A stretch of DNA of 64,000 bases from Bacteroidia bacterium (GCA_965279035.1 OZ257142.1:416001-480000), one strand, 5' to 3'; counted from the first letter of the stretch, positions 42,334 through 51,636 are shown. A program made the numbers and translations. Notes: generated from the sequence alone by a model not told the origin.

Positions 42334-42927
42334 TTAATTAACGATGTATTTCTTGCCTTTATAATCACCAATCCAAACAATTTCGTTTGTTTCGATATTG
42401 GTCATTTCTAAATCAATTTGCCAATAGGTCGTTTTCTCTTTACCATAACCATCTACAATCGATTTAACAGTTCCTTGCATCATAAAGTCGGCACCAACTT
42501 CGCGACCGAATTTCTTCATGGTTTCGGCAGAAGAAAAATCTTGTTGATCGGCACGTTCTCCGCGAATCTCAGTTCTTTTTTCACCAGCAGCAACCAAACG
42601 AATCATGGTGCTTTTGATAAATGCTTTTTCGATGTCTTTGGTGAAAATCTCAGTGTCCATATGCTCGTGGCTATTGTTGCGAACAAAACCAACAATCACG
42701 ACCGGTTTCTTTTTCTTTTCGTTTGTAAAATTGCCAAGCCAATCGCCTGTTAATGCTTGATTTGTTAAGGTTTCGGCGGCTAGGCGAGCATCTGTCTCGT
42801 TCCAGCGACCACTAAGATCGATTACTTTATCTGGAGCCACACGTGTTACAGTTCTACGTGTACATGAACTGAAACTTAGCGTGCTGATGATTGCGATGCC
42901 AATCAGACTTTGGATGGATGTTCTCAT
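42334..42927 (-). CDS. Penicillin-binding protein activator LpoB-like lipoprotein
   Basis: Lipobox FSSC; DLSGRWNETD, N.SHEH.D, GADFM..G, LEMTNIETNEIVW. Confidence 0.8.
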   Translation of the reverse strand: MRTSIQSLIGIAIISTLSFSSCTRRTVTRVAPDKVIDLSGRWNETDARLAAETLTNQALTGDWLGNFTNEKKKKPVVIVGFVRNNSHEHMDTEIFTKDIEKAFIKSTMIRLVAAGEKRTEIRGERADQQDFSSAETMKKFGREVGADFMMQGTVKSIVDGYGKEKTTYWQIDLEMTNIETNEIVWIGDYKGKKYIVN

Positions 42928-42946
42928 AATTGAATTGGAATTGAAC

Positions 42947-43354
42947 TTATTTAGTATAGGTTGCTTTTACTGTTTGTGCGCCAGTGCCGTCGTTTGCGGT
43001 GTAATTCAAAATAAAACCGGCTCCACTATATGTACCTGAGCCGGTTATGCTTACTCCTGTAACAGTCTGTTGTGAAATATCTAATGTGTTGTTTAAAACA
43101 AGCGCTTTCACATTTTCTGCAGCTCCCAAATTGAAAATGTTTTTAATCACAATGCGAGAGGTGTTTGATGAATCGGTAGTTACAACCGAAGGATAATTTC
43201 CTGTTACCTGCCCTCCAATTTCTTCTTTCACATTCCAAGTACCGATAAATTTAACTTTAGCATCCACCTCGGGAGTAACCGGATTTTCATCCGCACAGGA
43301 AACTAAAAGCATAGTTAGGAATACTACCGGAATGGCTAGTCGGATAAACTTCAT
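42947..43354 (-). CDS. Hypothetical lipoprotein
   Basis: Lipobox LVSC, KFIGTWNVKE lipocalin-like start. Confidence 0.75.
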   Translation of the reverse strand: MKFIRLAIPVVFLTMLLVSCADENPVTPEVDAKVKFIGTWNVKEEIGGQVTGNYPSVVTTDSSNTSRIVIKNIFNLGAAENVKALVLNNTLDISQQTVTGVSITGSGTYSGAGFILNYTANDGTGAQTVKATYTK

Positions 43355-43436
43355 GAAATAGGTGCTTGGTTTAGAACAAATCTAAGGATTCATTCTGGAG
43401 TTCGCCTAGCAAGGAAAATGCCAACAAAAAATTGAC

Positions 43437-44948
43437 CTAGTTAAACCAGCTATCTGAAACAAAATGACTCAGCTCCTCAGCGATTTTACGATCGTTACTC
43501 AAACGCGGAACTTTGTTCTGTCCTCCTAGCTTTCCCTGCGATTTCATATACCGTATGAAACTGTCTTTCTCAACACTTCTTAAGACTAAGGGCTGAAGTA
43601 CGTTTCCTGCAATTAGATCTTTATAATAAATGTTTTTCTTCTGAAGTGCGGCATCAATCTTTAAACGGAAACGTTCAGGATCTTTTGGCTTTACACTAAA
43701 TTCAACAAACCACTCATGATAAGGCAGTCCTGTTTCTGGGCTAACTTGAGGAGCTACAGTAAATTCAACCACTTCAACTACTTCTCCTAAAGAAGCTTCT
43801 TTGAGTGCTTGCTCCACTTCTTCGGCAATAACATGTTCTCCAAATGCCGAAGTAAAATGCTTTATCCTTCCTGTAACTACCAAACGATATGGCTCGGTGC
43901 TAACAAACTTAACAGTATCACCAATATTATATCCCCACAATCCAGCATTGGTGTTTAAAATCAGCACATAGTTCACATCCACCTTCACATCTTTCAACGA
44001 TATCCGTGTAGGATTTTCGTCGAAGAATTCATCCGTTGGAATAAATTCATAAAATATTCCCGAATCAAGTATCAATAATAATCCTTCAGATGGTTGCTTG
44101 TCTTGATAAGCGATAAATCCTTCTGATGCTGGAAACAACTCTACCGAATCGATTGATTTACCAATCATCTTCTCGAAGCGCGAACGATAAGGCTCGAAAT
44201 TCACTCCGCCGTAAACAAACAGAGAGAAATTTGGGAACAAATCCTTCATGGTTTTGCCTCCCATTTTTTCTTGAAGGATTTCAAAATACATCTGCACCCA
44301 AGAAGGAATTCCACTGATGAGTGTCATATCTTCCGTTATCGTTTCTTCGGCAATCTTCCGAACCTTGGTTTCCCAATCTTCTATGCAATTGGTTTCGTAA
44401 GAAGGCATCTGATTGCGCCGCAAATACTGAGGCACATGATGATTCACAATACCACTTAATCTTCCCAAAGGAATTCCACCAATCTCGCTCAATACCGGAC
44501 TTCCCGACAGGAAAATCAATTTACCATCGACAAATCTTGCATTCCCAGTTTCATGGATATATAACAAAAGTGCGTTGCGTGCCGACTCTATGTGATTGGA
44601 AATAGAATCGCTGGTTATCGGAATGTACTTGGTTCCGGAAGTGGTTCCGGAAGTCTTGCAGAAATAGATCGGTTTTCCTTTCCACAGAACATTGGCCTCT
44701 CCTTTTGTCGCGCGATCGATATAGGTTTTCAAACCCTCATAATCACGAACGGGCACTTTGGACTTGAAGTCTTCGTAGTTGCGAATCGATTTAAAATCGT
44801 GGTCTTTGCCAAATGCGGTTTCTTTTGCACCTGCAATTAATTGCTGAAATACCTTTTCCTGAGTTTCAACAGGTCGGCTACTCCAGTTGCGAACGTGACG
44901 CGCAATGATAGCTGCAAGCGGTTTGGCAAAGAATGATTTAAGTCCCAT
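43437..44948 (-). CDS. GH3 auxin-responsive-promoter family protein (acyl-adenylate ligase fold)
   Basis: KTSGTTSGTKYIP, ASEGF, YNIGD, GGQNKVPRL motifs. Confidence 0.9.
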   Translation of the reverse strand: MGLKSFFAKPLAAIIARHVRNWSSRPVETQEKVFQQLIAGAKETAFGKDHDFKSIRNYEDFKSKVPVRDYEGLKTYIDRATKGEANVLWKGKPIYFCKTSGTTSGTKYIPITSDSISNHIESARNALLLYIHETGNARFVDGKLIFLSGSPVLSEIGGIPLGRLSGIVNHHVPQYLRRNQMPSYETNCIEDWETKVRKIAEETITEDMTLISGIPSWVQMYFEILQEKMGGKTMKDLFPNFSLFVYGGVNFEPYRSRFEKMIGKSIDSVELFPASEGFIAYQDKQPSEGLLLILDSGIFYEFIPTDEFFDENPTRISLKDVKVDVNYVLILNTNAGLWGYNIGDTVKFVSTEPYRLVVTGRIKHFTSAFGEHVIAEEVEQALKEASLGEVVEVVEFTVAPQVSPETGLPYHEWFVEFSVKPKDPERFRLKIDAALQKKNIYYKDLIAGNVLQPLVLRSVEKDSFIRYMKSQGKLGGQNKVPRLSNDRKIAEELSHFVSDSWFN

Positions 44949-45126
44949 ATCTAGCGCAAAAATAGGAAGAACTAAGCCGAAGCACGCATGAATAAAGTGT
45001 AAAATAAATGAGAAATATTTGAGCGTTCTTGAAATAAGCGATTACAAAATGTTGATGTTAAAATCTTCGTATTGTTGCGCTCGAGTTGAGGATGCAATTA
45101 GTTCTTCCTAGACGGTTTAAAAATTC

Positions 45127-46200
45127 ATGAAATCCAAACTAGATATTATTCAACTCTTGCGTGCTTTAGCGGCGATGCTAGTTTGCTTTTTTCACATGAA
45201 AGGCCTTCTAAAACAAGGCGATTGGGGAAAGTTTCTTTTTGGAAATGGATCAGTAGGAGTGCCGCTATTTTTTATGATTAGTGGATTTATCATGTATTAT
45301 ACTACCTACACTGCGAAGACAAACTGGAAATATATCCGCAGCTATTTTATCAAACGCATCATTCGGATTGTGCCACTTTACTTTTTAATGACTTTGCTCT
45401 ACATCCTATTATTGAACAATGGTCAATTCTATTTTATTGAGAATCCGCGTTTGTTATTATCCACATTTTTCTTTTTTCCAACCTATGCAAATCATATCGG
45501 TCCTTCTTATGGAATGCCCGCTTTAGCAGTTGGTTGGTCGCTTAATTACGAGATTTATTTTTATTTGATCCTTGGATTTTCAATGCTGTTCACTCGAAAT
45601 CGTTGGGTCGTATTAATTGGAATTCTCATGACATCCGTTTTCATTATCCCTTTATTCACGAATGGATATGTAATGAATCGTTTGTCGGATTGTTATTCCT
45701 ACTCATGGCCCTATTTCAGTTTAATGACCAATCCAATACTACTGTTTTTTGTTGCAGGAATTTTCATTGCTCGATTTTACACAAGTGATTATTTAATTGG
45801 GAATGTCTTTTATTCTAAAGCCTTGGTATTACTCGCCATTTCGAATTTTATCTTCAGCTATTTTAATCTCTATCCATTCTTACTTACTTGGCATTTTCAT
45901 CTCTTTAATTCAGGATTTTTGATTTTCTCCTTGATAAATCGAAATAAAATCCAAGCATATAAAATCCCATCAATCATCCTGTTTATTGGGAATAGTTCGT
46001 ATTCACTTTATCTCATTCACCCGCTCATTCTCACATTACTTCCACGTATTCTGCGAAGGTTTAAACTCATTGTTCAGTACGAAGGAGTACCTCTTTTCAT
46101 CTTAACAACAGGGATTATTTTACTTCTATCCTATGTGAGTTATTTATTGATAGAGCAGCGATTGAGTCGTAAAATTCAATCGTTAGTTTTGAAGGAGTGA
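45127..46200 (+). CDS. Acyltransferase family 3 (OafA/YrhL-like) membrane protein
   Basis: IQLLRALAA..V..FH, GVPLFFMISGF, KRIIRIVPLY, WSLNYEIYFY, SYSLYLIH. Confidence 0.92.
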   Translation: MKSKLDIIQLLRALAAMLVCFFHMKGLLKQGDWGKFLFGNGSVGVPLFFMISGFIMYYTTYTAKTNWKYIRSYFIKRIIRIVPLYFLMTLLYILLLNNGQFYFIENPRLLLSTFFFFPTYANHIGPSYGMPALAVGWSLNYEIYFYLILGFSMLFTRNRWVVLIGILMTSVFIIPLFTNGYVMNRLSDCYSYSWPYFSLMTNPILLFFVAGIFIARFYTSDYLIGNVFYSKALVLLAISNFIFSYFNLYPFLLTWHFHLFNSGFLIFSLINRNKIQAYKIPSIILFIGNSSYSLYLIHPLILTLLPRILRRFKLIVQYEGVPLFILTTGIILLLSYVSYLLIEQRLSRKIQSLVLKE

Positions 46201-46218
46201 TAAGGCGGGTTGAATTGA

Positions 46219-46554
46219 TTATTGAATGAGGCTATTAATTTCAACTTTTAATTTGGGTAGATGATTGATCAAAATCCCCCAAATAGTTTCATCTGAAATA
46301 GAATCATAAGCATGAATTATCTGATTTCTTAACCCAACGATGTTCTTTGCATTATTAATGGGGAACTGAGGATCTACTGCAATAATCCGCTTAATTGCTT
46401 CTCCAATTATTTCTAAGTTCCTTTCGATGGCCCTTTTTAAGAGTATGTTTTTCTGATATGCTTCAAAGCGCTTTTCATTATCAATGAAAAAGGAATCAAT
46501 CTCATCGATAGCCAGCTTTACATCGAATAAATACTTAAGGATCTTTTCGTTCAT
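46219..46554 (-). CDS. HEPN (DUF86, HepT-like) ribonuclease toxin
   Basis: ERNLEIIGEA and RNQIIHAY (RX4HXY) motifs; ATG 46554 overlaps the end of the MNT gene (ORF track starts at 46620). Confidence 0.9.
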   Translation of the reverse strand: MNEKILKYLFDVKLAIDEIDSFFIDNEKRFEAYQKNILLKRAIERNLEIIGEAIKRIIAVDPQFPINNAKNIVGLRNQIIHAYDSISDETIWGILINHLPKLKVEINSLIQ

Positions 46555-46846
46555 AAACGAGCTGCTTTTCTCTGTCCACCACTTTCCTAAATACAGGGTT
46601 TTTGATGGATTGATTTTCAACGAGGTCTACCGAGCGATTGAATAGACGTTCGAGTTCTTCTTTAAAATCAAAATAATTATCGGCGTATTGCTCTAATTCC
46701 ACTTTCCCAAACTGAACTAAAATATCTACATCACTTGAGTCTATAAATCGGTCGGTAAGGATTGATCCAAATAAATATAACTCATCTACTTTGTGTTTTT
46801 CACAAAGGCTATAAAGCTTTTCTCTATTGGCATCTATCAATGTCAT
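46535..46846 (-). CDS. Minimal nucleotidyltransferase (MntA-like) antitoxin
   Basis: GS-ILTDRFIDSS-DVD matches GSX10DXD; VDLV motif; start ATG 46846 preceded by a TAnnTTTG box. Confidence 0.9.
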   Translation of the reverse strand: MTLIDANREKLYSLCEKHKVDELYLFGSILTDRFIDSSDVDILVQFGKVELEQYADNYFDFKEELERLFNRSVDLVENQSIKNPVFRKVVDREKQLVYERKDP

Positions 46847-46931
46847 ACACTTCAAAAATACGATATTAAATGTTCGATAATCATCTATCACAAAGCCCTT
46901 CACTAAAATCAAAATCTCCCCAATAGACCCC

Positions 46932-48524
46932 TCATAACTCCCGTCCACACATCTGACAAACTCCTAGCTTACACGCACAATGGGCGCAATACCCAAACAT
47001 GCCGCTGCTTGTACATTTACCACAGTTGGAGCAAGTTCCCAAATCGTCGGTGACTGCTACATTGTTATGCTCCGAACAAATGAATCCACTTCCCCAGTTT
47101 TGGCTCGGACATTTTACCCTTTCTCCCCTGATTTTCTTTCCATTGAAGTCATAATGAATTACTTTTCCAACAGGCACATCATTGCGGTATTCGCGTTGTG
47201 ATTTAAGCTTTCCGCTTTCATACCAAGTTTTCCAAACTCCATGGCGCAAACCTTTGCTGTAGGCTGATTCGAAAGTCAAAACACCATTTTCATTCCAGTG
47301 TTTCCAAGTACCATCGGGAACTCCAGCAACACTCATGTATATATCGTCAATGGCTTTTACATGCGAATAGGTACTATCGAAATGTGGTGTGAAAACCACT
47401 TCAGTAATCAAAATCCCTTTTTCGTTCCATTGTTTGAAAAGCCCAACTACAGCATCGTTTTCAAATGAACAACTATGCGATAACTGACCATTGGGATAGT
47501 AATAAATAGAAGATCCTTCACGAGTTACTGCACCTCTTGATTTTATATCTGAATAACGATAGTTGAATTTGAAATTCATTGCTCCATTTTCATAATATCC
47601 TGTTGAATGCATCAGGCCAGGAATGAGCGAATCTTCCCGAACATCTGAACTCAGTTTTTTTCCATCAGCATCATAATATCGCCGACAATTACTGCGCATT
47701 TCACCATGGATGATACGAGCCTCTATCTTCCCTCTTTCTATTGGAGGAAACTCTCCATTTATAAATCCTTCTCCATTACTAAGGGTTTGATTGCCTTTTT
47801 CATCCCATGCATCCAGAATGATAGGCATGGAATTTCTCAATCCCATTTTCGCTTTCATTGCACCCGTTTCAGGATAAAACAATCGCATATCATCGTAATT
47901 ATTTGCCCATTGATTACTAGTGAAATGTACTTTACTGATCAAGCCTTTTTCGTTGTAATGTGTCGACCAGCCCATGGTTATTCCATGCTCAAATTCCATT
48001 TCCCATCTGGGTTTCCCGTTTTCAAACCAAGCTTTCCAATTACCATGAGGATAGGCATTGGTGTCGATTGTACCGCTGGTTTTCAATTGTCCATTTTCAT
48101 AAAAAAGAGAGATGATGCCACAGGGAGTTCCATTGCAATATTCGCGTTCAAGGGCTACTTTACCGTTGAGGTGATATTTCCTCCAAATGCCTACACGTTT
48201 AAAATCACGAATCTCTCCTGTAGCCCAAATCACACTATCGTTAACGTGATTTCCTTTGGCATCCATAAATTGAAATTCGGCGGAGGTTGTCCATCCACGG
48301 TACAAACCCGTTCTGAATTTTCGTGTACCATAAGGGAAATTGAAGCGTGTGCGACTTCCTTCTATCCAATACGTTCCGTTAAAACTATCTTCTCGATCGT
48401 AAAAATCAGTCTCCGGCCGAACTCGCATCACCGAATCTCCACCTATTTTTAAAAGCCAGAGTTTTTGTTGTGCAGAGCAATTTATTCCGAAAACAAGAAA
48501 ACAAAACAGAAATAGCGCTTTCAT
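46932..48524 (-). CDS. Exported MORN-variant repeat protein with a C-terminal Cys-rich (CRIPT-like) domain
   Basis: Signal peptide (CSA-Q); repeated Y/W-x-NG-x-L...G.W MORN_2 units; terminal CxxH/CxxC/CxxC/CxxC cluster. Confidence 0.8.
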   Translation of the reverse strand: MKALFLFCFLVFGINCSAQQKLWLLKIGGDSVMRVRPETDFYDREDSFNGTYWIEGSRTRFNFPYGTRKFRTGLYRGWTTSAEFQFMDAKGNHVNDSVIWATGEIRDFKRVGIWRKYHLNGKVALEREYCNGTPCGIISLFYENGQLKTSGTIDTNAYPHGNWKAWFENGKPRWEMEFEHGITMGWSTHYNEKGLISKVHFTSNQWANNYDDMRLFYPETGAMKAKMGLRNSMPIILDAWDEKGNQTLSNGEGFINGEFPPIERGKIEARIIHGEMRSNCRRYYDADGKKLSSDVREDSLIPGLMHSTGYYENGAMNFKFNYRYSDIKSRGAVTREGSSIYYYPNGQLSHSCSFENDAVVGLFKQWNEKGILITEVVFTPHFDSTYSHVKAIDDIYMSVAGVPDGTWKHWNENGVLTFESAYSKGLRHGVWKTWYESGKLKSQREYRNDVPVGKVIHYDFNGKKIRGERVKCPSQNWGSGFICSEHNNVAVTDDLGTCSNCGKCTSSGMFGYCAHCACKLGVCQMCGREL

Positions 48525-48692
48525 AGAAAATAGTCAGAAAACTTCACAATCATTATAGCAAAGATGTATATAGAGATTTAGTCTCAATGAAATTGAAAAT
48601 CAATGAGGTCTAAAACGAAAAGTATTGAAAACATAAAAGGACTCAATAAGGACAAACGTTTATTGGATGCTTTTCATTATCCAACAATCACC

Positions 48693-50027
48693 TTACAATA
48701 GATCATTCGCCAAATTGGCCAATTCCGAACGCTCACCTTTTTCAAGTGTTATGTGCGCGTAAAGCGGGTTGTTGCGAATTTTATCAATCAAATAACTCAA
48801 TCCGTTCGACTGTGTATCCAAATACGGTGTGTCTATCTGAAAAATATCTCCAGTAAACACAATTTTAGTGTTCTCTCCTGCACGCGTAATAATCGTTTTT
48901 ACTTCATGTGGGGTGAGGTTTTGGGCTTCATCAACAATAAAGTAAATGTTCGACAAACTTCTTCCTCGGATATAAGCCAATGGTGTAATCATCAACTTTT
49001 CGCTCTCCACCATTTCTGTAATCTTCTTGTACTCTTTATCAGTTTCTTCCCACTGATTTTGAATCATCTTCAAATTGTCCCAAAGCGGTTCCATATAAGG
49101 ATTGAGCTTGCTTTTTATATCACCCGGTAAATACCCAATGTCTTTATTGCTCAATGGAACAATCGGACGAGCCAAATACACCTGACGATATTCTCGTTTC
49201 TGCTCCAATGCACCACTCAAAGCGAGCAAGGTTTTTCCCGTTCCGGCAACTCCTTGTAATGTAACCAACTTCACTTCTGGATTCATCAAGGCATGTAAAG
49301 CAAAAATCTGTTCAGCATTGCGTGGTCGAATTCCATAAGCTGCCGTTTTTTCTACCCGTTCCATCATCAATGTTGCGGGATTGTAGGTTGCCAAAACAGA
49401 ATGCTTTCCGTTTTTAAGAATGTAAAAGTGATTGTAAATCGGATCACTACTCAAAAAGTCGTTTGGCGAGCATGTTCCATGACTATATAGCTGATCTATC
49501 ACCGCTACGTTCACCCCATGGATTACCGATTTTCCAGTATAGAGCTCCTCAACATTTTTGATTTTCCCCGTTTGAAAGTCTTCGCTATGCAAATTCAAGG
49601 ACTTCGCCTTCAAGCGTAAATTGATGTCTTTCGTCACCAAAACCACTTTCATATCCGGGTTTTCCTTACTCAGTGCTAATGCCGAATTAATTATCCGGTG
49701 ATCGGCTTTGTCTTCACCCAAAATCTGAACGGCATCGAGTTTTCCTTTGCCATTCATTTCCACCTTAAACCGACCTAATTTATCACCCAACGAAAGCCAT
49801 TCGGTTAAGATATAATCACCCGAAAGCCGATCCATTTCACGAATAAACTCGCGCGCTTCAAAATTTTTGGTGTCGTTTCCTTTCTTAAAATTATCGAGCT
49901 CTTCCAGCACTGTTATGGGAATTGCTACATCATTATCTTCAAAACTGTAAATCGAATTGTGATTATAGAGAATCACCGATGTATCCAGCACATAGATCTT
50001 CTTCTGTTTGGTTTTTCGCGCAGCCAT
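48693..50027 (-). CDS. PIN domain + PhoH ATPase (PhoH2/YlaK-type) protein
   Basis: YVLDTSV...VLEELD...D.RI...TKD.NLR PIN domain; GVAGTGKT Walker A, RGRS, DEAQN, GD..QID. Confidence 0.93.
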   Translation of the reverse strand: MAARKTKQKKIYVLDTSVILYNHNSIYSFEDNDVAIPITVLEELDNFKKGNDTKNFEAREFIREMDRLSGDYILTEWLSLGDKLGRFKVEMNGKGKLDAVQILGEDKADHRIINSALALSKENPDMKVVLVTKDINLRLKAKSLNLHSEDFQTGKIKNVEELYTGKSVIHGVNVAVIDQLYSHGTCSPNDFLSSDPIYNHFYILKNGKHSVLATYNPATLMMERVEKTAAYGIRPRNAEQIFALHALMNPEVKLVTLQGVAGTGKTLLALSGALEQKREYRQVYLARPIVPLSNKDIGYLPGDIKSKLNPYMEPLWDNLKMIQNQWEETDKEYKKITEMVESEKLMITPLAYIRGRSLSNIYFIVDEAQNLTPHEVKTIITRAGENTKIVFTGDIFQIDTPYLDTQSNGLSYLIDKIRNNPLYAHITLEKGERSELANLANDLL

Positions 50028-50193
50028 TTAAAGGAACCTTTTCTGCTAATCTAAACGTTCTGCAAAATCAGCGAGTGTAGTCTGCCGCATAAGTTGTGAA
50101 CCACATTTCAACAAGCAGCCCGTGTATTTTGTGTGATTTAATGCGCAGTTCCATGTTAAGTTTCAATCAATTCTGAATTTGATATCTTTTTCA

Positions 50194-50293
50194 TTTTGGG
50201 GCTTGCGCTGTCCCCAAAAGGACAGCGCCGCGTTTTCGCCTTTACTCCTCCTTCGTGCGGGGTACCGGCTCAACCGTAAACCCCTTCGGGGCT
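50194..50293 (+). ncRNA. GC-rich structured intergenic element (candidate ncRNA or REP-like repeat, Flavo-1-like layout)
   Basis: Perfect 9-bp hairpin GCGCTGTCC-ccaaaa-GGACAGCGC, nested GCC/GGC and TACTCC/GGGGTA stems, terminal CCC-TTCG-GGG tetraloop; G-U pair and UUCG favour the plus strand. Confidence 0.5.
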
Positions 50294-50360
50294 AAGCCAA
50301 TTCCTACAAATCGAGCATTCTCAAATGAATGAATTACCCATATCAAAAAATTTTAAAGCG

Positions 50361-50394
50361 AAAAAAAACCCCGGCAGCTCTAAATCTACCGGGG
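50361..50394 (-). terminator. Rho-independent terminator of the plug-domain gene
   Basis: Minus strand CCCCGGTAG-atttagag-CTGCCGGGG followed by T8. Confidence 0.85.
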
Positions 50395-50420
50395 CACACA
50401 CCAAAACAACCAAAATAAAA

Positions 50421-51110
50421 TCAGTGATACGATTTCGTCGATATCAATACCACTCCACTTGTTGTATCACCAAACTGAGCAGGAAGTCCACCTGTTATTA
50501 CGACTATTTCTCCTATGCCTTGATTGGGTAATTGTGGTTCACCAATCACTTTAACTCCATCAATCATATAAAGCGTAGAACCCGAACGTGAACCCGAAAA
50601 ATTGAGTGGATCACCACTATCTTTCATGTATACTTTAGGAACCGTTGAGCCAATAATATTTCCAACATCACGCAAATTTGCAGAATATGAAATGTCTTCT
50701 GGCCCAAGGCGCTTCATCGTTCCGGGTGTTCCTGCTCCAAGTAAATCTTCTTTCCATTTTTCGTGTATGAACTCAAAAACGGTCCCTTCTTTCACACTAA
50801 GTGATTTGTTCAAAAAGGTGATGCTACTGTTTTTAATGAGAACATCCGAAAGTTTCAATCCTTGATAACCAACAAAGCTGATTTCGACTTCGTATTTACC
50901 AACTGGAATACCTTTAATAGCATAATCTCCATTAACATCCGTATATCCACCAAATGTTTGCGTACCGGCTTGAAGTTTTACAACAGCCATCTCGATTCCT
51001 TTTCCAGTAGCGTCGTCGGTAATTTTACCTTGCAACGTACCGCTATTTCCTTGTGCAAAAAGGCCGTTCCCAAACACTATGAGAAAGAGAGCCACGAATA
51101 TGTTTTTCAT
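50421..51110 (-). CDS. Carboxypeptidase-regulatory-like domain + TonB-receptor plug-like domain, no beta-barrel
   Basis: Signal peptide MKNIF...LFA-Q; G.LQGKITD..TG, TDVNGDY.I..IPVGKY.V..SFVGY; GSRS..TLYMIDGVKV...VITGGLPAQFGD.TSGVV.I.TK then stop and terminator. Confidence 0.8.
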   Translation of the reverse strand: MKNIFVALFLIVFGNGLFAQGNSGTLQGKITDDATGKGIEMAVVKLQAGTQTFGGYTDVNGDYAIKGIPVGKYEVEISFVGYQGLKLSDVLIKNSSITFLNKSLSVKEGTVFEFIHEKWKEDLLGAGTPGTMKRLGPEDISYSANLRDVGNIIGSTVPKVYMKDSGDPLNFSGSRSGSTLYMIDGVKVIGEPQLPNQGIGEIVVITGGLPAQFGDTTSGVVLISTKSYH

Positions 51111-51238
51111 ATTTCTAAAATTGATTGAATCAAAGATAGCTGTCAACAAATTGGCTTTCAAGAACATGTTCGGGCAGGTGTCGGATAAAAGCCTTTCATT
51201 ATTTCTTAACATTTTTGGGAGAGAATTGTTAAAAACCA

Positions 51239-51269
51239 TTTGCACATTCGTGATGATTGATTACTTTTG
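51239..51269 (+). promoter_or_regulatory. Bacteroidota sigma-A promoter of rplU-rpmA
   Basis: TTTG (51239-51242), 19-nt spacer, TACTTTTG (51262-51269), matching the -33/-7 consensus. Confidence 0.75.
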
Positions 51270-51309
51270 CGTCCCTTTTCGAAGAAGAGGATAACAAATC
51301 TTTCTTACT

Positions 51310-51621
51310 ATGTACGCAATTGTAGATATCGCAGGTCAGCAATTTAAAGTGGAGAAAGACCAAGAACTGTTTGTTCACCGTCTCGCTAATAACGAAGGTG
51401 ACTCTGTTAAGTTCGACAACGTATTGTTGATCGATAATAACGGATCAGTGAAGGTCGGAGCTCCCACCGTAAGCGGTGCAAGCGTGAGCGCCAAAGTGCT
51501 CACTCACCTAAAAGGTGATAAGGTAATCGTTTTCAAAAAGAAACGCCGTAAAGGCTATCAGAAATCAAACGGTCACCGTCAATCGTTCACCAAAATTCAG
51601 ATTTCAGGAATCAACGCCTAA
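51310..51621 (+). CDS. rplU: 50S ribosomal protein L21
   Basis: [13 protein letters not shown]...[13 protein letters not shown]....GHRQ. Confidence 0.98.
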   Translation: MYAIVDIAGQQFKVEKDQELFVHRLANNEGDSVKFDNVLLIDNNGSVKVGAPTVSGASVSAKVLTHLKGDKVIVFKKKRRKGYQKSNGHRQSFTKIQISGINA

Positions 51622-51636
51622 TCCCAACAAGAAAAC

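Noticed and set aside
43437-44948. Plant-like GH3 auxin-conjugating gene as a horizontal transfer from plants
   Set aside because: GH3-family proteins are widespread in Bacteroidota, and nothing here indicates recent transfer
47706-48452. 248-aa plus-strand ORF
   Set aside because: Fully antisense to the MORN gene, with no recognisable motif
46932-48524. MORN protein as a YwqK-type antitoxin partnering the adjacent HEPN toxin
   Set aside because: It has a signal peptide, the YwqK label is a generic MORN-repeat annotation, and the HEPN already has a cognate MNT
51270-51295. Small hairpin in the rplU leader as a ribosomal-protein autoregulatory RNA
   Set aside because: Short imperfect stem; cannot be supported without comparative data
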